Made by a program: the position numbers and the translations under genes. Positions 53,120-63,232 of a stretch of DNA of 63,232 bases are shown in pieces; positions within the stretch are counted from its first letter, which is position 1, and each line of letters begins with the position of its first letter. Origin of the DNA: an uncultured Gemmatimonas sp. (lineage in GTDB: Bacteria; Gemmatimonadota; Gemmatimonadetes; Gemmatimonadales; GWC2-71-9); assembly GCA_964521535.1 (NCBI GenBank), contig CAZFSA010000001.1:1-63232 (forward strand), read 5' to 3'. The notes under the pieces are model-generated. The model was given only the letters and a program-made list of their open reading frames with translations, had not been told where the DNA came from and ran no database searches.

Positions 53120-55777
53120 ATGCAGTGCCTCGCCCGCACGGCCGGCGTCATCCTGTTGGCAGCGTTGCCGACCCGGGCCGACCTCCTGGCGCAGCGGAAT
53201 TCGGCGCCGCCACTGCCGACCACGCCTGCGCTCGCCCGCGCAGTGCGGGCGGCGCCGACTGCACCGAAGCTGGACGGCGTACTCGACGACCCGATCTGGG
53301 CCACGGCTCCCCGATTCGGCGACTTCGTCCAGCGCGACCCGGACGAAGGACGCCCGGCCACCGAGCCCACCGAGTTCCAGGTGGCGTACACCGACGACGC
53401 GCTCTACGTGGCGGTTCGCGCCCGCGACAGCCGGCCCTCCGAGATCGCAGCCCTGCTCACCCGGCGCGACGACTGGTCGCCCTCGGACGAGATCACGGTC
53501 ATGATCGACTCGCATCACGATCGGCGGACCGGCTTCTCGTTCACGGTGAACGCCGCCGGGGTGAAGCGCGACGCCTACCTCTTCAACGACTACGAGACCG
53601 ACACCCGCTGGGACGCGGTCTGGGACGCGCGGGTGACGGTCGACGCCGAGGGATGGGCCGCCGAGTTCCGGATCCCGTTCAGCCAGCTCCGCTTCGGCCG
53701 GTCCGACAACCATACCTTTGGATTCAATGTCTCCCGGCGGCTCAATCGCCTCAACGAGACCCAGTTCTGGCGGCTGGTGCCCAAGCAGGCGTCGGGCTAT
53801 GTGTCGCTCTTCGGGGAACTCACCGACCTGGCGGGCATCCGGCCCCCGCGCCGGCTGGAGCTGCTGCCCTACTCGGCGGCGAGCAGCTACGGGCGGCCCG
53901 CCGTGCCTGGCGACCCGTTCCGCACCGGCACGGAGCGTCGCGCCACCCTGGGGGGAGACTTCAAGGTCGGGCTTTCGTCAGCGCTCACCCTGACCGGCAC
54001 GATCAATCCCGATTTCGGCCAGGTCGAGGCCGATCCGGCGGTGGTGAACCTCTCGGCGTTCGAGAGCTTCTTCGCCGAGCGGCGGCCCTTCTTCACCGAA
54101 GGGCTCGACATCTTCCGGTTCCGGATCGCGGACGGCGACGGCGACGGATCGGAGGAGGAACTGTTCTACACCCGGCGGATCGGCCGAGCGCCCCAGGGCT
54201 GGGCCGACCCGCGCGGCGGGTTCGCCGAGCGGATCGATCGGACCACGATCCTGGGCGCCGCCAAGCTGAGCGGCAAGACCCGGAACGGGTGGACCATCGG
54301 CGTGCTGGGCGCGGTCACCGACCGGGAGGACGCCCGGGTTCTCACCGGCCTCGGCCAGCGGCTGGTCGACGCGGTGGAGCCGGCGACCACCTATGGCGTG
54401 GCCCGGGTGGCCCGCGAGTTCCGGGGCGGGCTCACCCAGATCGGCTTCTTCGGCACCACGGTGCAGCGCAGCCTGCCGGAGGAGCTTCGATGGCTGCATT
54501 CGGGCGCCTACACCGCCGGCCTCAGCTGGTCGCACCGGTTCGCGGGCAACACCTACGAATTCAGCGGCCGGGTGGTGGGAAGCCGGGTCGAGGGCTCGCC
54601 CGAGGCGATCGCCCTCACCCAGCGATCCTCGGCGCGGTATTACCAGCGGCCCGACGCCGACTACGTCGAGCTGGATTCGACCCGGACCTCGCTCTCCGGC
54701 TACACCTTCGCGATGAACGGCGGGCGCACCGCGGGCAACTGGCGCTGGAATCTCAACCTCCACGCCCGCTCGCCTGGCTTCGAGGTCAACGATGCGGGCT
54801 ACATGCGGGAGGCCGACCGGATCTCGGGCGGCATCTGGGTCAACCGCCGCTGGCTCACCCCCGGCCCGGTGTTCCGCCGGTTCAACCTCAACTTCAACCA
54901 GTGGACCGCCCTCAGCTGGGGGGGCGAGCGCCGCAACATCGGCGGCAACGTCAACGCCAACTACACCCTGCGGAACTACTGGGGCGGCTGGATGGGCGTG
55001 AACCGGAACCTGGGCGGCTTGAGCACCACGGCCCTCCGCGGCGGGCCCGGCTTCCGGACGCCACCGACCTGGAGCGGGTGGTTCGGCATCGAGTCCGACA
55101 GTCGGAAGACCGTTCGGGGCGGCGGCACCATGTGGATGGGAGCGGAGGACCAGGGCGACAACTGGCACATCGGGGGCAACCTCAACCTCTCGTGGCGGCC
55201 GGCCAGCAACCTCGACCTCACGGTAGGCCCCGGCCTCGACTACAGCCGGAACGACTGGCAGTACCTGGCCACCGCCACGGTGGCCGGGCGGCCCGAGTAC
55301 CTCTTCGGCGAGATCCGCCAGAGTTCCGCGAGGATGACCCTCCGGTCCAACGCGACCTTCAGCCCCACCCTTTCGCTCCAGGTCTACGCCCAGCCCTTCG
55401 TGGCCTCGGGCCGTTACCTCGGTTTCCGCCGGGTGGCCACGCCCCGGGCCGACCGGTTCCAGGACCAGTTCGACCGGCTCACCGGCCCGCGGGCCATTCG
55501 GGACCCCGACGGCGCCGTGCGGCTCGACCTCGAGGCCGACGGGGTGACGGACGTGACCCTCGCCAATCCGGACTTCACGGTGCTCTCGTTCCGGTCCAAC
55601 GTGGTGCTCCGGTGGGAGTACCGCCCCGGATCGACCCTCTTCCTGGTCTGGCAGCATGGCCGGAACGGCTACGATCCCGACGGCCGGTTCCGCTTCGGCG
55701 ACCGCCTGGGCGACATCTTCCGTACCCCGGGCGAGAACGTGCTGCTGGTGAAGCTGAACTACTGGCTGAGCCTGTAA
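53120..55777 (+). CDS. DUF5916/CBM9-like secreted or outer-membrane protein
   Basis: 885 aa. Signal peptide, N-terminal CBM9-like region (KLDGVLDDPIWATAPRFGDFVQRDP...FQVAYTDDALYVAV), and a long beta-rich C-terminal region. Confidence 0.88.
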   Translation: MQCLARTAGVILLAALPTRADLLAQRNSAPPLPTTPALARAVRAAPTAPKLDGVLDDPIWATAPRFGDFVQRDPDEGRPATEPTEFQVAYTDDALYVAVRARDSRPSEIAALLTRRDDWSPSDEITVMIDSHHDRRTGFSFTVNAAGVKRDAYLFNDYETDTRWDAVWDARVTVDAEGWAAEFRIPFSQLRFGRSDNHTFGFNVSRRLNRLNETQFWRLVPKQASGYVSLFGELTDLAGIRPPRRLELLPYSAASSYGRPAVPGDPFRTGTERRATLGGDFKVGLSSALTLTGTINPDFGQVEADPAVVNLSAFESFFAERRPFFTEGLDIFRFRIADGDGDGSEEELFYTRRIGRAPQGWADPRGGFAERIDRTTILGAAKLSGKTRNGWTIGVLGAVTDREDARVLTGLGQRLVDAVEPATTYGVARVAREFRGGLTQIGFFGTTVQRSLPEELRWLHSGAYTAGLSWSHRFAGNTYEFSGRVVGSRVEGSPEAIALTQRSSARYYQRPDADYVELDSTRTSLSGYTFAMNGGRTAGNWRWNLNLHARSPGFEVNDAGYMREADRISGGIWVNRRWLTPGPVFRRFNLNFNQWTALSWGGERRNIGGNVNANYTLRNYWGGWMGVNRNLGGLSTTALRGGPGFRTPPTWSGWFGIESDSRKTVRGGGTMWMGAEDQGDNWHIGGNLNLSWRPASNLDLTVGPGLDYSRNDWQYLATATVAGRPEYLFGEIRQSSARMTLRSNATFSPTLSLQVYAQPFVASGRYLGFRRVATPRADRFQDQFDRLTGPRAIRDPDGAVRLDLEADGVTDVTLANPDFTVLSFRSNVVLRWEYRPGSTLFLVWQHGRNGYDPDGRFRFGDRLGDIFRTPGENVLLVKLNYWLSL

Positions 55778-55961
55778 CCCGGGTCGGACGGGCGGCACCC
55801 CCGCCCGTCCGACTCCCGCCGGGCCCGTATTCTGCTTAACTTCTCCCCTGACAACCGAGCCTCGTGGCGATTTGCGCTGATTGCGGCCACGTTAAACAAC
55901 CCGCTAAAACGCTTGCCCGGACGCGTTTTGCGCGCCGGGCTTCGTGTTCCGGAGGCCTCCC

Positions 55962-58900
55962 GTGACCCTGTCCCCCGACCCTGGCGAACGATCCCGGCGG
56001 ATCGCCCTGCTCCCGGGGTTGTTGCACGAGCGCATTCTGGTGCTGGACGGCGGCTACGGGACCGCGATCCAGCGGCACCGGCTGTCCGAGGCTGACTTCC
56101 GGGGCGAGCGCTTCGCCGACTGGCCGGCCGACCTGAAGGGCAACAACGACCTCCTCAACCTCACCCGCCCCGACGTGATCCGGGGCATCCATCAGGCGTA
56201 CCTGGAGGCCGGCGCCGACATCGTCGAGACCAACACCTTCAGCGCCACGGCGATCGCCCTGGCCGACTACGGGATGGGATCGCTCGCCCGGGAGATCAAC
56301 CTGGCGGGCGCGGTGCTGGCGCGGGAAGCGGCCGAGGCCGCTTCCCGCGCCACCGGGACCCCGCGCTTCGTGGCCGGCTCGATCGGCCCCACCAACCGGA
56401 CCGCGTCGCTCTCGCCCGACGTGAACAACCCCGGCGCCCGGAACGTGACCTTCGACGAGCTGGTGGCGGCCTACGCCGAGCAGATCGACGGCCTGCTGGA
56501 GGGCGGGGTCGACCTCCTCCTGATCGAAACCGTGTTCGATACCCTGAACGCCAAGGCCGCGATCTTCGCCGCGCTCGACCGATTCGACGTCCGGGGCGAA
56601 CGGGTACCGCTCTGGATCTCGGGCACCATCACCGACCAGAGCGGCCGGACCCTCTCGGGGCAGACCACGGAGGCCTTCTGGAACTCGGTGGCCCACGCCG
56701 AGCCGCTCATCGTCGGCCTCAATTGCGCCCTGGGCGCGCCAGCCCTCCGGCAGTACGTCCAGGAGCTGGCCCGGGTGGCACCGGCGTTCGTGAGCGCCTA
56801 CCCCAACGCGGGACTCCCCAACGCGTTCGGCGAGTACGACGACACCCCGGCGTTCATGGCCCAGGTCCTGGGCGAGTTCGCCCGGAGCGGGCTGCTCAAC
56901 GTGGTCGGTGGCTGTTGCGGCACCACGCCGGACCACATCCGGGCCATCGCCCAGGCGGTTCGCGGCGTGCCCCCCCGGACGCCGCCCACCGTCGAGCGCC
57001 GCTGCCGGCTGGCCGGGCTCGAGCCGCTCACCGTGGGACCGCCGATCGTGTTCGTGAACGTGGGCGAGCGGACCAACGTCACCGGCTCCCGCCGCTTCGC
57101 CCGGCTGATCGTCGACGGGCGCTACGAGGAGGCCCTGGAGGTGGCGCGCCAGCAGGTGGAGAACGGCGCCCAGATCATCGACGTCAACATGGATGAGGCG
57201 ATGCTCGACTCCGCCCGCGCCATGGAAACCTTCCTCCGCCTGGTGGCCTCGGAACCCGACATCGCCCGGGTGCCGGTGATGGTCGACTCGTCGAAGTGGA
57301 GCGTGATCGAGGCGGGGCTCAAATGTCTCCAGGGCAAGGGGATCGTCAACTCGATCAGCCTCAAGGAGGGCGAGGAGGAATTCCTCCGTCAGGCCCGGCT
57401 GGTGCGCCGGTATGGCGCCGCCGTGGTCGTGATGGCGTTCGACGAGCGGGGCCAGGCCGACACCGTCGAGCGAAAGGTGGAGATCTGCACCCGGGCGTAC
57501 CGGCTGCTCACCGAGCAGGCCGGCCTGCCGCCCGAGGACCTGATCTTCGATCCCAACATCTTCGCGATCGCCACCGGCATCGAGGAACACGCCAACTACG
57601 CGGTCGACTACATCGAGGCCACGCGCCGGATCAAGCAGACCCTGCCCCACGCGCTGGTGAGCGGCGGGGTGAGCAACGTGTCGTTCTCGTTCCGCGGCAA
57701 CGATCCGATTCGCGAGGCGATCCACGCGGTGTTCCTCTACCACGCCATTCAGGCCGGCATGGACATGGGGATCGTCAACGCCGGCCAGCTCGCGGTCTAC
57801 GACGACATCCCGAAGGACCTGCTGGAGCGGGTGGAAGACGTGGTGCTGAACCGCCGCCCCGACGCCACCGAACGCCTGCTGGCCGTGGCCGACTCGGTGA
57901 AGGGGCAGGGCGCCACCCGCACCGCCGACCTGAGCTGGCGCGAGCGACCCGTTGAGGAGCGGCTGGCCCATGCCCTGGTCGAGGGCATCGCCGACTGGAT
58001 CGAGGAGGACACCGAGGAGGCCCGCCGCAAGGCCGCGCGGCCGATCGAGGTGATCGAGGGCCCGCTGATGGACGGGATGAACGTGGTGGGCGACCTCTTC
58101 GGGAGCGGCCGGATGTTCCTGCCGCAGGTGGTGAAAAGCGCCCGGGTGATGAAGAAGGCCGTGGCCTACCTGGTGCCGTTCATCGAGGCGGAGAAGCAGG
58201 CCGGCGCCGGCAGCTCCAAGGGCCGGATCGTGCTCGCCACCGTGAAGGGCGACGTCCACGACATCGGGAAGAACATCGTGGGCGTGGTCCTCCAGTGCAA
58301 CAACTTCGAGGTGATCGACCTGGGCGTGATGGTGCCCTGGAGCCGGATCCTGGAGACCGCCCGCCGCGAACGGGCCGACATCATCGGGCTCTCGGGCCTC
58401 ATCACGCCGTCCCTCGAAGAGATGTGCGTGGTGGCGGGCGAACTGGAGCGGGAGGGGTTCCGGGTCCCGCTCCTGATCGGCGGGGCCACCACCTCCCGGA
58501 TCCACACCGCGGTGAAGATCGCCCCGTGCTACTCGGCGCCGGTGATCCACGTGCTCGACGCCTCCCGCGCGGTGGGCGTGGCGGGCGCCCTCCAGAGCGA
58601 CGCCCTGCGCCCGGAGCTGGTCGAAGCCACGCGGGCGGAGTACGCCGCCATCCGCGAAGCCCGGGCGGGCGCCGAGGCCGAGCGCGAGCTGCTGCCTCTC
58701 GCGGCGGCACGGGCCAACCGCCTGGTGCCCGCGTTCAATGGCCCCGCGCCGGAACCCACCTTCCTCGGCGTCCGGGCCTTCGATAACTACCCGCTGGCCG
58801 AGCTGGTGGACCGGATCGACTGGTCGCCGTTCTTCGAGACCTGGGAACTCAAGGGCCGATACCCCGCGATCCTCGACGACCCGGTGGTGGGCCGCGCCGC

Positions 58901-59672
58901 CACCGACCTCTTCCGCGACGCCCGCGCCCTGCTCGACCGGATCGTGCGGGAGCGTCTCCTCACGGCCCGCGCGGTGCTGGGCTTCTTTCCCGCGGCGGCC
59001 CAGGGTGACGACATCGTCCTGTTTCGGGATCCGGAGCGGACCGAACCGCTGGGCCGGATCCACACCCTGCGACAGCAGGCCGCGAAACGCGGCGACCGCC
59101 CCAACCTCGCCCTCGCGGACTACGTGGCCCCCGCCGGCGGCCCCGTGGACTACCTTGGCCTCTTTGCCGTGACCGCCGGCATCGGCCTCGAGGAGCTGGT
59201 GGCCGAGTTCGAGCGGGTGCACGACGACTACCACGCGATCATGGCCAAAGCCCTCGCCGATCGCCTGGCCGAGGCCTTCGCCGAGCGGCTGCACCAGCGG
59301 GTGCGCACCGAGCTGTGGGGCTACGCCCCCGGCGAGCGGCTGGAGAATGAGGCGCTGATCCGGGAGGAGTACCAGGGGATCCGCCCGGCCCCCGGGTACC
59401 CGGCCTGCCCCGATCACACCGAGAAGGCGCTGCTCTTCGAGCTGCTCGGCGCCACCGAGCGCGCGGGCATCCGGCTCACCGAGAGCTTCGCGATGCTGCC
59501 TGCCGCGTCGGTGAGCGGCTACTACTTCTGGCGGCCGGAAGCCCGCTATTTCGGCGTGGGCCGGCTGGGACGCGACCAGGTCGAGGACTATGCCCGCCGG
59601 AAGGGACTCGCCCTCAACGAGGCTGAACGCTGGCTGGCGCCGAACCTGGGGTACGAGCCCCGACTGGACTGA
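55962..59672 (+). CDS. metH: cobalamin-dependent methionine synthase
   Basis: Four-module layout. Hcy-binding ([18 protein letters not shown]), pterin-binding, B12-binding ([12 protein letters not shown], DxHxxG), and AdoMet activation domain ([12 protein letters not shown]). GTG 55962 has GGAGG 6 nt upstream. The track start GTG 55944 is the alternative. Confidence 0.93.
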   Translation: MTLSPDPGERSRRIALLPGLLHERILVLDGGYGTAIQRHRLSEADFRGERFADWPADLKGNNDLLNLTRPDVIRGIHQAYLEAGADIVETNTFSATAIALADYGMGSLAREINLAGAVLAREAAEAASRATGTPRFVAGSIGPTNRTASLSPDVNNPGARNVTFDELVAAYAEQIDGLLEGGVDLLLIETVFDTLNAKAAIFAALDRFDVRGERVPLWISGTITDQSGRTLSGQTTEAFWNSVAHAEPLIVGLNCALGAPALRQYVQELARVAPAFVSAYPNAGLPNAFGEYDDTPAFMAQVLGEFARSGLLNVVGGCCGTTPDHIRAIAQAVRGVPPRTPPTVERRCRLAGLEPLTVGPPIVFVNVGERTNVTGSRRFARLIVDGRYEEALEVARQQVENGAQIIDVNMDEAMLDSARAMETFLRLVASEPDIARVPVMVDSSKWSVIEAGLKCLQGKGIVNSISLKEGEEEFLRQARLVRRYGAAVVVMAFDERGQADTVERKVEICTRAYRLLTEQAGLPPEDLIFDPNIFAIATGIEEHANYAVDYIEATRRIKQTLPHALVSGGVSNVSFSFRGNDPIREAIHAVFLYHAIQAGMDMGIVNAGQLAVYDDIPKDLLERVEDVVLNRRPDATERLLAVADSVKGQGATRTADLSWRERPVEERLAHALVEGIADWIEEDTEEARRKAARPIEVIEGPLMDGMNVVGDLFGSGRMFLPQVVKSARVMKKAVAYLVPFIEAEKQAGAGSSKGRIVLATVKGDVHDIGKNIVGVVLQCNNFEVIDLGVMVPWSRILETARRERADIIGLSGLITPSLEEMCVVAGELEREGFRVPLLIGGATTSRIHTAVKIAPCYSAPVIHVLDASRAVGVAGALQSDALRPELVEATRAEYAAIREARAGAEAERELLPLAAARANRLVPAFNGPAPEPTFLGVRAFDNYPLAELVDRIDWSPFFETWELKGRYPAILDDPVVGRAATDLFRDARALLDRIVRERLLTARAVLGFFPAAAQGDDIVLFRDPERTEPLGRIHTLRQQAAKRGDRPNLALADYVAPAGGPVDYLGLFAVTAGIGLEELVAEFERVHDDYHAIMAKALADRLAEAFAERLHQRVRTELWGYAPGERLENEALIREEYQGIRPAPGYPACPDHTEKALLFELLGATERAGIRLTESFAMLPAASVSGYYFWRPEARYFGVGRLGRDQVEDYARRKGLALNEAERWLAPNLGYEPRLD

Positions 59673-59789
59673 TCGCTGGACCGATTCCGAACGCCGGCCC
59701 CTCTCGATACCTTGCGCTGGTCCGTCCGGGGGCATCCGCACCCGGTCTGTCTGGCCCGCGCCCTCCGGCGCCCTGCACCGAGACTGTTG

Positions 59790-61574
59790 ATGGCCTTCCG
59801 ATCCCTCCAGACCCGTTCCCCGCTCCGCCTCGCGAGCGTCACTCTTGCCCTCCTGGCCGCGCCCCTGGCAGCCAGAGCCCAGACCGCGGCCGGCGCCCCG
59901 CCCCAACCCGATCCGCGCGTGACCCTCAAGCCCGGCTGGAAGGATGCCGGCCAGGCGCTGTGGAACCTCCAGCTGGTCGCCAATCAGCCCCGCCCACCGG
60001 GTTTCGTGAATCCCGAGGCTCCGGGAGACTTCGCTTTCGCCAACGCCGACCTGGCCTTTCAGGGCAACTACGTCTTCCAGGGCGGCTACCACGGCATTCA
60101 GATCTGGGAACTGGGGAAGAACGGCAAGCCCCGACTCCGGGCGACGCTCGTCTGCCCCGGCGGGCAGGGCGACGTGTCGGTCTACGGCAACCTGCTCTTC
60201 ATGTCGGTCGAGGAGCCCCGGGCCCGGATCGACTGCGGCACCCAGGGCGTGGCCGACACCGTGAGCGCCGAGCGCTTCCTCGGCGTCCGGATCTTCGACA
60301 TCAGCGACCTCAGTCGCCCGCGCCAGGTGGCCGCGGTCCAGACCTGCCGCGGTTCGCATACCCACACGCTGGTCACCCACCCTGGCGACCCGGCCAACGT
60401 GTACGTCTATGTGGCCGGAACCAGCGGCGTGCGCCCCGCCGCCGAGCTGGCAGGCTGCTCCGGCCGCCCGCCCGAGGAGGATCCCAACACCTCGCTCTTC
60501 CGGATCGAGGTGATCCGGGTGCCGCTCGCCGCCCCCGAGCAGGCCCGGGTGGTGAACGAGCCCCGGCTCTTCGCGGATCAGCGCGGCAACATCGCCGGCC
60601 TCTGGAAGGGCGGCCCGCACGGCCCCGGTACCCAGGAAACGGCGCCCACCGATCAGTGCCACGACATCACCGCCTATCCGGCCATCGGACTCGCGGGCGG
60701 CGCTTGCTCCGGGAACGGGATCCTGATCGACATCCGGGATCCGGCCAATCCCCGGCGGCTCACCGAGGTAAGCGACCCCAACTTCGCCTACTGGCATTCG
60801 GCCACGTTCAACAACGAAGGCACCACCGTCCTGTTCACTGACGAGTGGGGCGGCGGCGTGGGCCCGCGCTGCCGGGCCACCGACCGGCCCGAATGGGGAG
60901 CCAACGCGATCTTCACCCGCTCCAACCACACGCTGACGTTCGCGAGCTACTACAAGCTGCCCGCCGCCCAGTCGGCGCTGGAGAACTGCGTGGCCCACAA
61001 CGGCTCGCTGATCCCGGTCCCCGGCCGCGACCTGATGGTCCAGGCCTGGTATCAGGGCGGGATCTCGGTCCTCGACTTCACCGATCCGGCCAAACCGTTC
61101 GAGATCGCCTACTTCGATCGGGGTCCGGTGAGCGCCGAGCGGCTGGTGCTGGCCGGCCACTGGTCCGCGTACTGGTACAATGGCTTCATCGTGGGCTCGG
61201 AGATCGCCCGGGGGCTCGATGTGCTGCGCCTGGTACCCAGCGCCCACCTCTCGAAGAACGAGATCGCGGCCGCGAACCTGGTCCGCCTGGACCGGTTCAA
61301 CCCCCAGCTCCAGCCGCGGCTCGAATGGCCGGCCGCCTTCGTGGTCGCCCGGGCCTACCTGGACCAGTTGACCCGCAACGGTGGCCTCCCGGCCGAGGCC
61401 CTGGCGCAGGTGGGTCGCGACCTGGACCGGGCCGAGAAGGCACGGGGAGCGCGCCGGCAGAGCGCGCTCGAGGAGCTGGCCAGCCGGTTGGACCGGGATG
61501 CCGCCGGGGCCGGCGATCCCGCCCGTGTCCGGAAACTGGCCGGTGTGGTCCGGGACTTGGCGCGGGGAGGCTGA
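59790..61574 (+). CDS. secreted LVIVD-repeat beta-propeller-like protein
   Basis: Signal peptide from ATG 59790 (MAFRSLQTRSPLRLASVTLALLAAPLAARAQ). Repeats of type VRIFDISDLSRPRQV, ILIDIRDPANPRRL, ISVLDFTDPAKPFEI. Confidence 0.78.
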   Translation: MAFRSLQTRSPLRLASVTLALLAAPLAARAQTAAGAPPQPDPRVTLKPGWKDAGQALWNLQLVANQPRPPGFVNPEAPGDFAFANADLAFQGNYVFQGGYHGIQIWELGKNGKPRLRATLVCPGGQGDVSVYGNLLFMSVEEPRARIDCGTQGVADTVSAERFLGVRIFDISDLSRPRQVAAVQTCRGSHTHTLVTHPGDPANVYVYVAGTSGVRPAAELAGCSGRPPEEDPNTSLFRIEVIRVPLAAPEQARVVNEPRLFADQRGNIAGLWKGGPHGPGTQETAPTDQCHDITAYPAIGLAGGACSGNGILIDIRDPANPRRLTEVSDPNFAYWHSATFNNEGTTVLFTDEWGGGVGPRCRATDRPEWGANAIFTRSNHTLTFASYYKLPAAQSALENCVAHNGSLIPVPGRDLMVQAWYQGGISVLDFTDPAKPFEIAYFDRGPVSAERLVLAGHWSAYWYNGFIVGSEIARGLDVLRLVPSAHLSKNEIAAANLVRLDRFNPQLQPRLEWPAAFVVARAYLDQLTRNGGLPAEALAQVGRDLDRAEKARGARRQSALEELASRLDRDAAGAGDPARVRKLAGVVRDLARGG

Positions 61575-61643
61575 AGCAGCCCCCGCCCCCCCGGGACGGC
61601 AGGCCGCGAAACTTTCGGGGCTGGCGCCCCGTCTCTGGGCGCC

Positions 61644-63014
61644 ATGCTCCGAGACTCCCTGAGTCCCCATCTCCTTGCGATCGCTGCGGTGACCGGCCTG
61701 GCGCCGGCCACCGCCGCGCAATCCCCAGAGACCGCCATCACCCACGTGACCGTGGTGGACGTCGAGCGCGGCGTCCTCCGTCCCGATCAGACGGTGGTCC
61801 TCTCGGGTCGGCGGATTGCCGCGGTCGGCCCGGCGGCCGCGGTCGCGGTCCCGGCCGGTGCGGCCGAGGTCGACGGCCGGGGCCGATTCCTGATCCCCGG
61901 CCTCTGGGACATGCACGTGCACCTCAGCGTTCCGGGCGGCGAGCCGCTGCTCGGACTCTACCCGGCCATGGGGGTAACCGGGGTGCGCGACATGAACGAC
62001 TCGTTCCCCGAGGTGGCGGCGTGGAGAGGCCGGATCGCGGTGGGGACGCTGCCCGGGCCGCGGATCGTGGCCGCGGGTCCCTATCTCGTGGGCGTCGCCC
62101 CGTCCCTTCCCCACTTCCGGGTGACCACCGCCACGGAAGGCCGGGCCGGCGTCGACACGCTCCGGCGCATGGGGGTGGATTTCGTCAAGGTCCACAACGA
62201 GATCCCGCGCGAGGCCTACTTCGCCATCGCCGACCGGGTGCGGGAGCTGGGGTGGGTGTATGCGGGACACGTGCCCCGCAGCGTCACCGTGGCCGAAGCT
62301 GCCGACGCCGGCCAGCGAAGCCTGGAACACCTCACCGGGTTCCCCAACCAGTGTTCCCCCTCCGAGGCAGCCGGGATCCGGCCCACCGGACTGGTGACCT
62401 TCCTGCTGGGCGGCTGCGACACCACCGACCTGGCGCCCATCGTCGGGCGGCTTCGCGCCAACGGGACCTGGATCACCCCGACCCTCACCGTGTTCGGCAC
62501 CCTGAGCGGCGACTCGGTCTCGCCGGTGGACTCGATGCACCGCTATCGGTCCGAGGCACTCCGACAGCTCCAGACCGTGGTGATGCGGCTCCCCCCGATG
62601 ACCCCGGAGGCATTGGCCGCCGCCCGGTTCCTGATCGGCAAACGGCTGGAGTTGGTGGGCCGGCTTTACCAGGCCGGCGTGCCGATCCTGGCCGGAAGTG
62701 ACGCCCCGACGCCCGGCACCTTCCCGGGAGTCAGCCTCCACGAAGAGCTGGACCGGCTGGTGGCGGCCGGCCTGCCGCCCGCGGCCGCGCTCAGGAGCGC
62801 CACCTGGGAACCGGCTCGCTACCTCGGGACGCTGGACTCGCTCGGCACGGTGGCCCCGGGAAAGCTGGCTGACTTGGTGCTGCTCGAGGCCGATCCGCTC
62901 ACCGACATCCGCCATACCCGGCGGGTGGCCGAGGTGTGGCTGGACGGGCGGAGGATCGACCAGAAGGAACGCCGGCGGATCCTGGATCTGGCCGAGGCGG
63001 CCGCACGGCAGTAA
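61644..63014 (+). CDS. amidohydrolase family protein, secreted
   Basis: Signal peptide. GLWDMHVHL metal motif and C-terminal ILAGSDAP...ADLVLLEADPL typical of amidohydrolase_1. Confidence 0.85.
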   Translation: MLRDSLSPHLLAIAAVTGLAPATAAQSPETAITHVTVVDVERGVLRPDQTVVLSGRRIAAVGPAAAVAVPAGAAEVDGRGRFLIPGLWDMHVHLSVPGGEPLLGLYPAMGVTGVRDMNDSFPEVAAWRGRIAVGTLPGPRIVAAGPYLVGVAPSLPHFRVTTATEGRAGVDTLRRMGVDFVKVHNEIPREAYFAIADRVRELGWVYAGHVPRSVTVAEAADAGQRSLEHLTGFPNQCSPSEAAGIRPTGLVTFLLGGCDTTDLAPIVGRLRANGTWITPTLTVFGTLSGDSVSPVDSMHRYRSEALRQLQTVVMRLPPMTPEALAAARFLIGKRLELVGRLYQAGVPILAGSDAPTPGTFPGVSLHEELDRLVAAGLPPAAALRSATWEPARYLGTLDSLGTVAPGKLADLVLLEADPLTDIRHTRRVAEVWLDGRRIDQKERRRILDLAEAAARQ

Positions 63015-63044
63015 ATACCGTTAGGGGAGAGCGACCGGACGGAC

Positions 63045-63072
63045 GCCAGGCCTTGCGTGTGCAAGGCCTGGC
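63045..63072 (+). terminator. perfect 12-bp stem-loop after the amidohydrolase gene
   Basis: gccaggccttgc-gtgt-gcaaggcctggc, 30 nt after stop 63014. No U-tract. Confidence 0.5.
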
Positions 63073-63135
63073 CCGCTGGGCCGTCCACCCCCGGCATCCC
63101 CCTGCCAATCGACCCTTCGACAGGACGCGCGAGCC

Positions 63136-63232
63136 ATGGCCATCTGGAAGGACAACACCCCCGCGAAGAAGGACGCCGCCCCCCTGGCGCCCGAGCCCCT
63201 CGCCCGCGCCCCGGAGCCGCGAGTGGACCTCC
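63136..63232 (+). CDS. 5'-partial ORF running off the right edge, unknown function
   Basis: ATG 63136 gives MAIWKDNTPAKKDAAPLAPEPLARAPEPRVDL... with G/C-ending codons. Too short to classify. Confidence 0.3.
   Translation, partial: MAIWKDNTPAKKDAAPLAPEPLARAPEPRVDL

Noticed and set aside
55778-55961. Riboswitch (cobalamin or SAM) upstream of metH. Also looked upstream of the mutase string at 12060-12274.
   Set aside because: I could recognise no B12-box-like or SAM-I/II core sequence. MetH is not normally B12-riboswitch controlled. The region only shows a mildly AT-richer stretch (ttaaacaacccgctaaaacgc). It cannot be excluded without a covariance-model scan.
55836-62915. Giant 2359-aa minus-strand ORF.
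   Set aside because: It is antisense to metH, the LVIVD-repeat gene and an amidohydrolase, all with strong motifs on the plus strand. Its translation is G/R/P/A-rich with no domain pattern.

Overview
High-GC bacterial chromosomal window. Hand counts of single 60-nt lines give about 75% G+C in core genes. Gene content (two DUF5916/CBM9-like envelope proteins, an LVIVD-repeat protein, many secreted peptidases and amidohydrolases) suggests a Gemmatimonadota-like soil bacterium, but this is inference only. All domain calls come from reading the translations and from remembered family motifs; no searches were run. I support about 55 protein genes. They include an M16 peptidase missing from the ORF track (it runs off the left edge), pruA, a nitrilase, and an ABC ATPase with a permease-M1 aminopeptidase fusion. 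They also include a split B12-dependent acyl-CoA mutase cluster (mutase, B12 subunit, CoA ligase, hotdog protein, MeaB), several peptidases (S15, two M1, M24), a D-aminoacylase, metH and yggT/yggU. Many long ORFs in the track are antisense shadow ORFs typical of high-GC DNA. I saw no rRNA, tRNA or CRISPR array. Main hunt results follow. (1) A lower-GC island at about 45.8-49.5 kb carries a decayed IS481-like transposase remnant. It also holds an orphan two-gene module: a 469-aa coiled-coil protein with a HicA-like C-terminus, and a 180-aa BglII/BamHI-fold PD-(D/E)xK nuclease with no methyltransferase. This is my best candidate for an undescribed defence-type system. (2) The acyl-CoA mutase cluster has substrate-pocket residues that look 2-hydroxyisobutyryl-CoA-mutase-like rather than MCM-like, and it is paired with a 3-aminobutyryl-CoA ammonia-lyase-like hotdog protein. 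(3) Two genes (a DUF5916 paralogue and cutA) have coding sequence clearly extending upstream of any ATG/GTG/TTG, with CTG or ATA sitting in 4-nt stop/start overlaps. (4) A radical-SAM-like enzyme has CX8CX2C cysteine spacing and sits divergent from an AraC regulator. (5) Several tightly packed envelope operons have unknown function.
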